NCBI GenBank assembly: GCA_963733195.1
Contig: CAVTCR010000017.1
Coordinates: 1-64,000 of the forward strand
Source of the DNA: an uncultured delta proteobacterium
Lineage (GTDB): Bacteria; Desulfobacterota; Binatia; Bin18
Direction of reading: 5' to 3'
Length of the DNA stretch: 64,000 nt
The notes beneath the pieces were generated by a model that saw only the letters and a program-made list of their open reading frames with translations, had not been told where the DNA came from and searched no databases. A program made the position numbers and the translations under genes. Below, piece after piece: positions 1 to 10,483 of this stretch (positions within the stretch are counted from its first letter, which is position 1; every line of letters starts with the position of its first letter).

Positions 1-454
1 GCTCATGAGCGTGATAGGCGAGCGAGTGTCTCAAGTCTCTGCGCCTGTGTTTCGAGGGCGCAGAAGCGGATGGGTCCTCGCCCCCCCGGCCCTATGCTTC
101 AGCGGTATGCCTCTCATGAGGTGTTCCGCTAATCCCTCTGCGCTTGGCACTTATGCGGGCGCCAGGCGGCCGAGATTTTCCGTGAACGGAAATGCGAGGC
201 ATACAATGACCAGGAGGGCTCTCCACCGAGGAAGCGAGTTACCTAACTACGCGATTCCCGGTGAAATGAGTTGAGCGATCAAGGACTTATAAAGGGAATA
301 GGCCAGTAACCACCCCAGCAAGTGAATCGGTAGGGCATGGGCGGGATAGTGCTATTCAAGTAATGCTGGCGGGCAAACGTTAATCTCCAATGCCCTGAAT
401 CTACAGAGCTTTTTGCGACATATTCTGGGCAGAGCATTACCTGGATAGCACTAC

Positions 455-1542
455 CCAGGCAGTGTCTACAAGAAACGTGGGGTGTTCTACATCGCGTATT
501 ACACCCCGGATGGAAAACAAGTCTGTGAATCGGCTCACACGAAGGACAAGGCAGAAGCGAGACGAGTCCTACAAGCCCGCTTAGGTCAGCTTGCAGAAGG
601 CCGCTATGTTGGCCCTGCAGCGGAGCGAGTGACGTTTGAGGAATTGGCTGAAATGATCTTGGATGACTACCAGGTGAACGGGAGAAAATCGTGCGGTGAT
701 GTCGAGTGGCGTATCCGTTGTCATCTTCGGCCCTTTTTCGGTCAGAAACGTGCTCAGGAGATCACAACCGCAGATGTCAAAGCGTACATTGCTCACAGAC
801 AGCGGAAGACGCAAAGAACGGAAGCATTAACCGAGAACTGGCAGCCTTGAAGCGGATGTTCAATCTGGCCTTACAAGCAGAGAAGATCATCAAGAAACCG
901 TATATTCCTTCGTTAGAAGAGAACAACGCTCGCAAGGGATTCTTTGAGCAGGCAGAGTATGAAGCAGTGCTCGCAAAGCTTCCTGAACATCTCCGTTCTG
1001 TTGTCACCTTTGCCTATGCTACGGGGTGGCGCATTAGGAGCGAGATTCTTGCCCTTGACATGGTCTCAGGTTGACATGGAGACAGGAACCGTCCGGCTAG
1101 AAGTGGGAGAGACCAAAAACAAAGATGGTAGGCTCATATATTTGACTCAGGAGCTACACGCCCTCCTGATAGATCAATGGCAGTCTCATCAAGCCAGTAT
1201 CCTGAATGTCCGTGGGTTTTCCATGATCAGGAAGACGGATCAAGACCTTTTACAAGAACTGGCGCAAGGCTTGTCAGGTTGCCGGGCTTGCTGGTAAGTT
1301 GGGGCACGATTTCAGACGGACAGCAGTGAGGAACATGGTGAGAGCAGGAATCCCTGAACGAGTAGCTATGCAAATGTGCGGGACATAAAACACGATCGGT
1401 ATTTGACCGCTACCATGTCGTGGCTGACGGCGACCTGAGAGAGGCGGCACGACGGCTAGATCGTGCGTTTACCCCTCAAACAACTACCCTTTCAACTACC
1501 CTACCCCTCTCAGCAGTGGAGAGAGTTGCTGTAACTCACTGA
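455..1542 (+). pseudogene. Tyrosine recombinase/integrase, multiply frameshifted
   Basis: Consecutive ORF pieces give an arm-binding-like start (GSVYKKRGVFYIAY), SINRELAALKRMF, catalytic TGWRIRSEI, HDFRR, GHKT and DRYHVV. Stop TGA at 1540-1542. At least 4 frame changes; start approximate. Confidence 0.9.
1481..1502. repeat. 10-bp direct repeat CAACTACCCT x2, candidate integrase arm-type sites
   Basis: Copies at 1481-1490 and 1493-1502, in the integrase 3' end next to the tRNA. Confidence 0.5.
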
Positions 1543-1553
1543 TTTTTTTATAT

Positions 1554-1627
1554 GCCCCCGTAGCTCAGGCGGATAGAGCACAGGATTCCTAATCCTGGGG
1601 CCGTGCGTTCGAATCGCGCCGGGGGCA
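1554..1627 (+). tRNA. tRNA-Arg(CCT)
   Basis: GCCCCCG/CGGGGGC acceptor stem, TAGCTCAG-GGATAGAGC D arm, CAGGA-TTCCTAA-TCCTG anticodon arm, GTTCGAATC T loop. CCA end not encoded. Confidence 0.97.
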
Positions 1628-2468
1628 TGGCATTTCAATGAGTTACCGGCGCATTCTCTTCTGTTGCACCGGGGTCGAGCTGGGAGATTAGTCCCGTGAC
1701 CTGGCCGGCCAATCCGCACGGATAAATCGGCGAAGTAAAGGAGATCGCCACGTACCGTGCAGCGCCTCCACTATGCAATCTACGCGATGTGAAGGTGGCG
1801 GTGCGGATGCGTTACAGACGGTGCGAGGCCTCTGACCCTAAGCCACGCACCACCTGCTCGGGAAGGACACCATTTATCCTGTGAAGAAGAAGCGCTGTAC
1901 AGTTTGTAACCATGCGGACTATTACGCAAGTGTCCTCACGCGCGGTGATCGACAGCATCGAAGCTGGGTCCGGTCCACTGAGGGACGGAGTATGCTGGGA
2001 ACGGTGATTAAGGATACGGTGCGGACGTAAGGTGTGATGCCATGGGGAGCGACGAGGCAACGAGATCTTGTCGTGTTCGTCCGAATGAGCTCTACGAGCG
2101 CGAAACTTCAACATATGTGCCTAGCTCAAAGAGAAAAGTCAGTGTTAAGCGGGGCCTGGAGATCATAGCTTCGACGCGCAACATACTAACGGTAGAGACG
2201 CTCGCCGATCTGCCGTACCCCCCGGCAATCGAAGAAGCGGTGCCCAGAGAAACGAGATAGGTAACGACTCCAAGATGCGTCCCACAGCCGCGAAACCAGC
2301 ATGCCCCGCCCTTCTAACTCGATGAGCTGCAGGCCACCCCTGTCCGCTCCAGTGTCACTCCGGTCGCCGTGTGTACTTCTGGGTCACTTAATCCATGAAA
2401 GGTATGTACGTGAAACCAGTCCAACCGGCGAAACCACCGTACCCAAATCGCACATGGCAGGAGAAATA

Positions 2469-3291
2469 TCATCCAGACGACAACCCGCGAGGCGGGACGA
2501 ACGTCAAGAGGAGATAAAGCGCGAACATCGTAAGGCTGAAAACTGTCAGCTCTAGGCGGGGATACATCAGCAAGACCGTCCCGCTGTGCAACAGCAAACC
2601 TAGTACGAGGGCGACCGGAAGCCGCGCAACGTCCAGAACCACACGTGCGAGCATAGCTTCTATGATCACTGTGAATATGGACAACCCTATCGCAAGGAGG
2701 CTACGGCCATGGTGCCGATCAGCCCATGCACTACGCTCAGTGGGATGACCTGCGCGACCAGCACCGTACCCGAGAGGAATGCTCCATTCAACTTTGAGAC
2801 CGCCGCGAAGCCATAGACGATCGACAGTTGCATTCGGAGTAGGAACACTGGCCACGCCGGCACTGAGTTTCTGGCCCTCGTCGGCGCGCGTCGAGCGAAA
2901 ACACCGCCCCGCTATTGGAGAGCACCAAGAGCGTGACAACAAGGCCCAGTAGGTAGAGGTGGTTGCTGTAGGTCTGCTCGTAGAACAGCACCACCGCCAA
3001 TAGAATGGCCGCGAGGAGGCTGCCTGTCCAGCGCGTACGCCACCCCAGCATGAAGAGAAGGCCCGCCACCAGCCAGATACCAAGCACTACGGGCACGGCC
3101 ATCGCAGTCAAAGTGGGCATCCCGGCGACATACGGGAGGCGAAGCGTTATCGGCTGTACCAACTGATCTAGGACATGCCAAGAGGGCGACACATGCAGAA
3201 GAGCGGCAAGCGCTGCAACAATTCGTGCGAGCGCGAGCGGTGCTGCTGGCGCTCGGGCAGCAAGAAGACACGAGAGCTCAGGAGGATTCAT
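2469..3291 (-). pseudogene. HTTM-domain (vitamin K-dependent gamma-carboxylase/SdpB-like) membrane protein, frameshifted
   Basis: LGWRTR, YSNHLYL motif, then QLSIVYGFAAVSK and GLLLH transmembrane segments in other frames. ATG overlaps the stop of the upstream gene. Confidence 0.75.
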
Positions 3292-3660
3292 TGAGGGGGC
3301 TCTGTTGAGCATGACTGGTAGACAACGGTCCCCTCCGGGCGACGAAATAATTCGACTGCCTGGAGCGACGGCTCGACTCGGCAGAGATGCTTGCCGAGCT
3401 CCTGGATATAACCGGGTTGGAAATCAGAACGGAAGTAGGCCAGGTAGCGGGAGGTAATCAGCTGGACACTACTGCCATCGAGGCGTGCTGCCGTGATCTG
3501 CGGAGGATACTTTACGACTGCGTACATCTGCCACCCGAACCGAGTAGGGCGGGGATTCGTCAGTTGCCACAGTGGCACCCCGATCTGGATGGCGAGCCAA
3601 AGCAGGATGAAGGCGGTAACTGCCCAATCTCGCAATTGTGCCCCGAATCGTAGGAGGTCG
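3288..3660 (-). CDS. Small membrane-anchored partner of the HTTM protein (start uncertain)
   Basis: TM helix followed by RFGWQMY motif and two Cys. ATGA-coupled to the HTTM gene. Confidence 0.55.
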
Positions 3661-3774
3661 TATAGTGGCTTATTGTCCGTCCCCTTGGAGGGCTTTCTTG
3701 ATTTTCGATACTCATCGAGGCTCATCTTTCCGGCCTTAAACTCTCGGTCAAGGTTGCGCATTTGCATGTCTACG

Positions 3775-4020
3775 GTAGAGAACGAACGAATTATCTTGAT
3801 AGCCTTCTTTGCGAAAATAGAACGTATGGGACTGACTCCGTGCGAGGTCCACAGAAGCGGGGGTATACACCTGTATTTGATTATCAATGAGGACATGCGC
3901 CCCTGGTGGATTAGAACCTCTCCCCACTTTTTGTGTGGTCCCGTTAACAACCGTCTACGCACCCATTCACGCAAAAGATCAAGAGTCCAACGAGCACTAC
4001 AAGGGAATTTCCCTGTGCAT
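3775..4020 (-). pseudogene. PEGA-domain lipoprotein remnant
   Basis: Manual translation gives RBS AGGAGG, ATG, lipobox-like LIFCVNGC, then after frameshifts TVVNGTTQKV..SNPPGAHVLID..TPASVDLAR..RKEGY. Confidence 0.55.
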
Positions 4021-4807
4021 ATCCCCCTCCTATGCTTGTGACTCTTTCTATTTTACCGCGGACGGGGTGTCAGGAAGAAAGAGCGGTAGGCTCATTTCTC
4101 CCCGGGAATAGGACCTGCACCGAAGGGCAATAACCATCTCCCGCACCGTTTAAGACCTGGACGGACTTCTGCCTCACTGACGGAAAAGGAGAACAGAGGA
4201 GGGATAGTAGTCGATTACTTTTCATCGTGGCAGCTTCTCACAGATAGATATCATGAGTCTCTTGGCCTTCTAAGAAGAAACTCCTTTGGAGACGGACCTT
4301 TAGATGTTTTTCGACGCAATGCGCAAACAGCAGGGTGCAGATCGACCTTTCTATCGATTATAAAAATAATTTTTTCGAGAAAGTCTCGACATGACGCTGA
4401 TTTTTTGTGAATAATGTTAGATCAATAGAACTGATTTCCCAACCTGAAACAATCTTAAAAAGAGCCGCTGATTGAGAATTTTGAACAATGGCCAAGAGTA
4501 GCGAAATTACTCTCCCATCCACACCTTCTTTCGTGTCCGGTAATCCTCAAGGGAAAGTCAGAGGGAAGTGTCACGAATTACAGTCGCGTTGTCCGAAACG
4601 TCACCGAGAGTGTCTTTATTGCGCTCACTTTCTGGCGGAAGCTGAGCGTGTCACTCTGGTTTATTCTGTTTACCGCGCTAATAGATATAGTCGGGTGCAT
4701 CAGGACTCCGCAGCAACTGTATCCTGGCGTGGGATGAGGACTATTTGACGAAAGTCTTATTCTCAGAAGATGCGTTTGCCCTAGTTACTACGCCCCCATA
4801 AGACACA

Positions 4808-5500
4808 TCATCGCAGCGCTCCGATGAACCGTTCCCAAGCTGCCGATGTCTTCTCACCATTATGCTTCAAGTTGTTTGGCGAGAGGGTAACGTTTTGAGC
4901 AGACGATAGAGTCAGCGTGTGCGGGTAGCTCCGCAACGCCGGTACTGAGCTTTCCCACAATGCCCTACTTCGCGAGATCACGATCAGCGCCCTGCGCTCA
5001 ATAGCGGCAGAGACAAGAGAGAAGCTGTACTCCTGGCTGGGCACGGTGCACCCGCCCTTGAACCGCGAGCTCTTGTATGGAAACCATTCGATAACAGCTA
5101 GACGTTTGGCGAGATGCTCAAGAGGGATCACCTCTGCCAGCTTCTTGGTCTTGCTTTTCCACCAGCGCCCGCCCGGGTGAGAATCGCGAAATCGGGGATC
5201 AAAGAAATGGAACGGCCACGCGGTCTGCTCATGGTGCAGGTTGGCAAATAGGACGGTACGAAACTGCGGGTCGGCGTGCGAGGGCGTATCTGTGGCCAGG
5301 TCAAGGCCAGGATTCAGTTGGAGCACCAAGACAGGCGCGGAGGTGACTGCGCCAGCGAACGGCTCCGGGATCACCGTATCGACCTCGAGTCTATACGGAC
5401 TAGTAGGTGGGAGCTTCGCGTTGAAAGCCTCCACCTTGAGCCGATCTTGGGGCAACACATAGGGAGCGGTTGAGGGCAGCGCTCGCCAGGGGTTTGCCAT
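4808..5500 (-). CDS. UDG-superfamily-like protein, candidate Brig1-type anti-phage glycosylase
   Basis: Intact ORF (start 5500 or 5560) with PEPFAG..APVLVLQLNPG, GGRWW and IEWFPYKS motifs. Confidence 0.55.
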   Translation of the reverse strand: MANPWRALPSTAPYVLPQDRLKVEAFNAKLPPTSPYRLEVDTVIPEPFAGAVTSAPVLVLQLNPGLDLATDTPSHADPQFRTVLFANLHHEQTAWPFHFFDPRFRDSHPGGRWWKSKTKKLAEVIPLEHLAKRLAVIEWFPYKSSRFKGGCTVPSQEYSFSLVSAAIERRALIVISRSRALWESSVPALRSYPHTLTLSSAQNVTLSPNNLKHNGEKTSAAWERFIGALR

Positions 5501-5852
5501 ACTTGTTCTCTGATTCCGATCCCCATTCGGTGTCAGCATCTCTTCCTCGGCCCATCCCATAAGGAGTTCTCCTTTAGTGGCGAAGATCGGCAGAATGCGA
5601 AAGAAACTTATCTCCCTCCAGGTAAGGGGCAGAGGAGGAACGGGACTCCCCGACTCGTGGGGCCTCTTTTGGCCCCCGCCTCCGAAGACGTGACCTCGTT
5701 TTTAGGGTGCCCAAAAAGTGTGACTAAACCGAAGAGGTAAGCGAAGATATGGAGGGTTAAGGAGTGAGAGGCGACAGGGAAAAGTCTTGGTTTCTTACCC
5801 TCTATCATCTCTCCTCACTCTCTGTATCGGTCTATATCACAACTGGTTTCTT

Positions 5853-5897
5853 GATTCCTAATCCTGGGGCCGTGCGTTCGAATCGCGCCGGGGGCAT
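5853..5897 (+). repeat. attR: duplicate of the tRNA-Arg 3' half
   Basis: GATTCCTAATCCTGGGGCCGTGCGTTCGAATCGCGCCGGGGGCAT is identical to 1584-1628. Confidence 0.95.
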
Positions 5898-5946
5898 AAA
5901 AAAATTTCCACTGAGACGAACTGGCCTTTAGAAGAAATCCCGATGG

Positions 5947-6210
5947 ATGGCAAAAAATTGGGGCTTTACAATTTTCCAATCCTGCTGTAATCGCCTTCCC
6001 TTCATGGGGGTGAGGGATATGTTGGAAAAAAATAGAGCTGCTGATTACGGAACGTTCGTGGAAATTCTTCGCGCCGGATTTGCTTTGGCGGAAGCAAAAA
6101 CCGCCGTCAAGACACACCGGAAGTTTTCTAAAAGGGTTACGATCGGCGGCGAGTCACTCCTCATTGAAGCTGGCCACGGAAAAGTTGTGGTCGTTTTCCA
6201 ACAGGAATAG
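5947..6210 (+). CDS. Hypothetical small protein
   Basis: ORF with protein-like C-terminal half; start uncertain. Confidence 0.35.
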   Translation: MAKNWGFTIFQSCCNRLPFMGVRDMLEKNRAADYGTFVEILRAGFALAEAKTAVKTHRKFSKRVTIGGESLLIEAGHGKVVVVFQQE

Positions 6211-6326
6211 CTGGGTGAAGAGTTGTGGGGCTGGCATCAGTTTCCCTTTTGTTGCGTGATGCGTGTCGCGTGATCGATAAAGAAACGGAAATTCTACCTC
6301 ACGTATCATGCACCACGTTTGACGCC

Positions 6327-7586
6327 TCACTCCTCATACGCCTCAGCCAAAAGGTCGACCGTATGCATCGCTCGAACTGATAGCCCCCGCTGCTGCAATC
6401 CAGCGCGAATTTGCATGAGGCAACCGGGATTCCCAGCAACAACCAGTTCTGCTGCTGTTGCCTGAATGTTGTTCACTTTTCGTTCGAGTAAGCGATTGGC
6501 CATTTCAGGTTCAGTCAGATTGTAGGTTCCCGCACTACCACAGCACCAATCTGATTCGTTGAGTTCGGCAATCTGAAGTCCAGGAATTGCGCGAAGCAGT
6601 GCACGTGGCTGTTGCCGCACGTTTTGTCCATGCGCTAGATGACAGGCGTCATGGTAGACAACTTTGGCGCGCACTTCCCGGGTCGGCGGAACGAGCGGAA
6701 TGCTGCCGAGAAACTCGGTCACATCTTTCGTCTTCGCTGCAAGCTGCTGCGCACGTTCGTGATAGGTAGGGTCGCCCTTAAATAACTCGCCATACTCTTT
6801 CATCATCGCCCCACATCCGGCAGCGTTAATAATCAGCGCGTCGATGTTCAATTTGCTGAACACGTCAAGGTTACGGCGCGCTAGGGAAAGGGCGTTTGGT
6901 TTATCACCGTTGTGCAGCAAAAGTGCGCCGCAACATCCTTGCGCTTTCGGCACTAGCACTTCGCATCCATTATGACGGAGGACTTTCACCGTCGCCTGGT
7001 TAGTTGCGCCAAACATGGTCGGCATCACACAACCAGAAAGGAGCGCGACCGTGTGTCGCTTCTCTCCGATCGCTGGGTATCGTTCCAGCAGCGTCGCCGA
7101 AGAAACCGTGCCAGGTTCTGGAAGCAAACTAAACCAGTAACGGAGTTGTTGTGGCAGAGCCTGCGAACGAGCGAGCTTCCCCAATCCCAGAGCCGCTCCG
7201 GTTCTAAGAAGAAGCGCAAAGAAGCGAGCACCGAGAGGATTAGGAAAGAGTACGTTGATCGCTTTACGTTTGAACCGTTCAAGGAATGGTCGTTGGTAGT
7301 TTTGCTCGATATAAGGCCGAACACCTTCGATCAATTCGCCGTAATGCACGCCAGAAGGACAAGCGGTCTCGCACGCACGACAGCCAAGACAGGTATCAAG
7401 ATGCCGTACGGTTTCGGCATTGAGTTGAAAGCGTCCTTCATGCAGTCCACGCATGGTGACAATACGGCCACGCGGTGAGTCCATTTCCGTCCCGAGTTCA
7501 ACGTAGGTTGGACAGAACGACAAACAGAGTCCGCAGTGGACACAGTCGAAGAACTTTTCGGAATCAACGAAGTTGGTTTGGGGCAT
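6327..7586 (-). CDS. glcF: Glycolate oxidase Fe-S subunit
   Basis: Two CxxCxxCxxxCP motifs and two CCG domains; lies downstream of glcDE. Confidence 0.92.
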   Translation of the reverse strand: MPQTNFVDSEKFFDCVHCGLCLSFCPTYVELGTEMDSPRGRIVTMRGLHEGRFQLNAETVRHLDTCLGCRACETACPSGVHYGELIEGVRPYIEQNYQRPFLERFKRKAINVLFPNPLGARFFALLLRTGAALGLGKLARSQALPQQLRYWFSLLPEPGTVSSATLLERYPAIGEKRHTVALLSGCVMPTMFGATNQATVKVLRHNGCEVLVPKAQGCCGALLLHNGDKPNALSLARRNLDVFSKLNIDALIINAAGCGAMMKEYGELFKGDPTYHERAQQLAAKTKDVTEFLGSIPLVPPTREVRAKVVYHDACHLAHGQNVRQQPRALLRAIPGLQIAELNESDWCCGSAGTYNLTEPEMANRLLERKVNNIQATAAELVVAGNPGCLMQIRAGLQQRGLSVRAMHTVDLLAEAYEE

Positions 7587-7647
7587 AAGCAGTTGCCAGT
7601 TGTCAGTTATCAGTTCCCATCACGCAACACGCATCACATGCCACGTC

Positions 7648-8916
7648 CTAAATCCCCCCCACAAAGCGTCCTGGATTGAGAATCCCTTGCGGATCAAGCG
7701 TCTCTTTCAAGCGCTTCATCAATGGAAACGAGTTCCCAACATGTCCCCACACATCCACACGATCCTTGAGTACAGGATCAATATGTTCGATGACCAGAGA
7801 GCCATCGAGTTGCTTTGCCAGAATCCGCAACCAATCGACAAACGAGAGCAATTTCTCCGAAGCAACGTTTCCATCGTGCGGGACATGACCATAGATTATT
7901 CCGCTTCCAGCATGAGCCAGAAGTTGGAGTGCCAATCCACGTAACTCTGCCTCCTCCTCGGCCTTTTTGTAGAAACTCGCTACATGTGTAGGTAACACGC
8001 TCGCTTTGTAACGAAGCATTGCGTCACCAGCAAGAGGAAAATCGCGTAACGCGTTTGCAGTCACCTGATCCTGTCCCTCGGCTAACTCTTGCACAGCTCC
8101 CGAATTTTCATCGAGCAGTTCGCGCAACCGTGCCCTCTGGTATGAGACCTCTTCGTTTATGCCAGCAAGGGCGACAAAAAGATGAGCTGCCTCTGCTTTT
8201 TCCTTCATTCTCGTAAACGGGTCGAAGTTTGTCAGTTCCAGAAAGAATGGTTGCAGTTCCGTCCCGAGGAGATGTAGCACCTTGTCCATGGCCGATTCGG
8301 CGGAGGGAAACACGCACGAGCATAGCACCTGGCACTCTGGATACGGTCGTACTTTGAACGTTGCTTCGACAATAATTCCCAGTGTTCCAAAAGATCCACA
8401 ATACAATTTGGGAACGTCATACCCAGCAACGTTCTTTACAACCCGACCTCCACCCTTGATGACCGTGCCATCTGCAGTGACCACTCGCAAGCCGAGGAGA
8501 AAGTCACGCACGGTTCCTTGAGAAAGACGAGACGGGCCGCTGAGATTGGCTGCAATGATCCCACCAATCGTCGCTCGTTCTGGAGATGGGGGGTCGAGCG
8601 GAAGCCATTGACCATGCTCGCCAAGGAGAGTTTGTAAACGAGCGAGAGACATACCCGCTTCGACCGTGACTGTCATGTCCGTGGGTTGGTAATCCACAAC
8701 ACGGGTCATCCGTTGTAAGGAAAGCGCGAGATCATATCGCCGCGGCAGAGAACCAATATGCAGGAATCCACCTTCCCCTATCGGAGTCACTGCTGTTTTC
8801 TGTGCTGAAGCCGAACGTAGCGCCTCGGCTACTTGCTCAACCGACTCCGGAAAAATAATCTCTCGCGGTTCTCGCCCGTCAATAGCAAATCGCTTGCGGT
8901 TTTCATCCCCACTCAT
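7648..8916 (-). CDS. glcE: Glycolate oxidase FAD-binding subunit
   Basis: GGRVVKNVAGYD motif and C-terminal DPQGILNPGRF. Confidence 0.9.
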   Translation of the reverse strand: MSGDENRKRFAIDGREPREIIFPESVEQVAEALRSASAQKTAVTPIGEGGFLHIGSLPRRYDLALSLQRMTRVVDYQPTDMTVTVEAGMSLARLQTLLGEHGQWLPLDPPSPERATIGGIIAANLSGPSRLSQGTVRDFLLGLRVVTADGTVIKGGGRVVKNVAGYDVPKLYCGSFGTLGIIVEATFKVRPYPECQVLCSCVFPSAESAMDKVLHLLGTELQPFFLELTNFDPFTRMKEKAEAAHLFVALAGINEEVSYQRARLRELLDENSGAVQELAEGQDQVTANALRDFPLAGDAMLRYKASVLPTHVASFYKKAEEEAELRGLALQLLAHAGSGIIYGHVPHDGNVASEKLLSFVDWLRILAKQLDGSLVIEHIDPVLKDRVDVWGHVGNSFPLMKRLKETLDPQGILNPGRFVGGI

Positions 8917-8943
8917 TACTCAGTCCTCATTACTCGTCACTGC

Positions 8944-10368
8944 TCAGAGCGGCACTTGCCGCCGGGGCATGCGCACGTCGATACATCCATGCGGCATCGG
9001 GATAATCTTGTTCGGATTGCAACGGCTTTCGGGATTGAACACCGAGCGAATTTGGCTCATGACCATCAGGTCTTCTGGACTGAAGATCAATGGCATTTGT
9101 CCCATCTTCTCAACACCGATCCCATGTTCGCCAGTCAGACTCCCACCGAGATCAACGCAGGCTTTGAGGATCTCCTGTCCAGCCTTCACAACTCGTTCAG
9201 TCTCATCGGCATTACGCTCATCGTACAAAAGAATGGGATGAATGTTGCCATCGCCAGCGTGAAAGACGTTGGCAATGCGCAGATGATACTTCTCCGCCAC
9301 CGAAGTAATTGTCCGCAAAATATCAGGAACCTTCGTCCGTGGAACTACGCCGTCTTGTGTACAATAGTTCGGAGCTAAACGTCCAACTGCACCAAAGGCG
9401 CGCTTCCGGCTTTTCCACAAAGCAGTCCGCTCGGCTTCGTCGCGGGCAACACGAACTTCACGGGCACGGTTACGCTTGCACAGCTCCATGATCCGCGCGG
9501 TCTGCGGATCAAGCCCGGCTGCCAGACCGTCGAGTTCGATAATCAACACTGCACCAGCATCGGTCGGGAAACCAAAATGGAACGCCTCTTCAACCGCCTG
9601 AATGATAAGGGTATCCATCATCTCGATCGCTGCAGGAACGATACCGGCAGCGATAATGTCAGAAACTGTTTGCGTTGAATCGTGGACCGACTCGTAAACA
9701 GCTAGAAAGGTACGATATGCCTGCGGTTGACGAGTCAGGCGCAATGTCGCCTGGGTCACGATCCCAAAGGTTCCCTCCGCACCAATGGTGATTCCACGAA
9801 GATCATATCCAGGGACATCTTCTACTGCGCCACCAAGCATTACGATTTCTCCGTCCGGTAAGATCAGTTCCATGCCAAGGACGTGATTCGTCGTCACCCC
9901 ATACTTCAGCGTATGTGGCCCACCGGAATTTTCCGCGACGTTGCCACCGATCGTGCACGCCTGCTGACTCGACGGGTCGGGTGCATATTGAAATCCTTCG
10001 CCTTTGACCGCGTTACTGACCCACAAGTTGACCACTCCTGCTTGCGCAACGATGTAACGGTTGAGGAGGTCGATGTGCAGGATCTTGTTCATGCGACTGG
10101 TGCCGATCATTACTGGTGCCTCGATCGGTAAACAGCCACCGCTTAGGCCAGTCCCCGCTCCGCGCGGAACAAAGGAGATTTTTTCTTTATGGAGAAGTCT
10201 GACGATGGCAGCCACTTCTTCAGTCGAGCGAGGCAACACTACAACCTCAGGAATAGATTTCTCTAGAGTGTAGCCATCGCAATCATAGACAGAGAGGTTG
10301 GTCTTATGTGAAACAACGCCGTCAGGGCCGACGATGTCAGTTAATTGAGAAATGAGAGTTGAGTCCAT
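8944..10368 (-). CDS. glcD: Glycolate oxidase subunit GlcD
   Basis: RGAGTGLSGG, PDPSSQ, HAGDGNIHP and GEHGIG motifs. Confidence 0.92.
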   Translation of the reverse strand: MDSTLISQLTDIVGPDGVVSHKTNLSVYDCDGYTLEKSIPEVVVLPRSTEEVAAIVRLLHKEKISFVPRGAGTGLSGGCLPIEAPVMIGTSRMNKILHIDLLNRYIVAQAGVVNLWVSNAVKGEGFQYAPDPSSQQACTIGGNVAENSGGPHTLKYGVTTNHVLGMELILPDGEIVMLGGAVEDVPGYDLRGITIGAEGTFGIVTQATLRLTRQPQAYRTFLAVYESVHDSTQTVSDIIAAGIVPAAIEMMDTLIIQAVEEAFHFGFPTDAGAVLIIELDGLAAGLDPQTARIMELCKRNRAREVRVARDEAERTALWKSRKRAFGAVGRLAPNYCTQDGVVPRTKVPDILRTITSVAEKYHLRIANVFHAGDGNIHPILLYDERNADETERVVKAGQEILKACVDLGGSLTGEHGIGVEKMGQMPLIFSPEDLMVMSQIRSVFNPESRCNPNKIIPMPHGCIDVRMPRRQVPL

Positions 10369-10385
10369 AGTCTTGTAGTTCTTTA

Positions 10386-10421
10386 CCCTCACCCTAGCCC
10401 TCTCCCTTCGAGGAAGAGGGA
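10386..10421. repeat. REP-like element CCCTCACCCTAGCCCTCTCCC..GAGGG
   Basis: Widespread intergenic palindrome type, upstream of glcD. Confidence 0.5.
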
Positions 10422-10483
10422 AGCAGACGCGAGAGCGGCTGTGGGCGGCGGTAGTCTTGTTTGTCCACCGGAAGAAGTGTGCG

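Larger units (their letters stand above)
1584..5897. mobile_element. 4.3-kb genomic island integrated at the tRNA-Arg 3' end, no integrase inside
   Basis: Identical 45-bp repeats at 1584-1628 and 5853-5897 enclose accessory, partly decayed genes. Confidence 0.85.

Noticed and set aside
1-450. ORF 5..274 and upstream sequence
   Set aside because: No recognisable protein features in the frames examined; left unannotated.
1630-2460. Short ORFs or a structured RNA in the island's left part
   Set aside because: No recognisable motifs or convincing structure. An LLGH in ORF 2301..2555 is too weak to call an integrase remnant.
3288-3974. Single 228-aa protein from the ORF track
   Set aside because: Its 5' part overlaps a PEGA-lipoprotein remnant read in another frame, so the ORF looks like a chance read-through of fragments.
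5853-5897. Second tRNA-Arg gene
   Set aside because: Only the 3' half is present, with no 5' acceptor strand or D arm. It is an att site.
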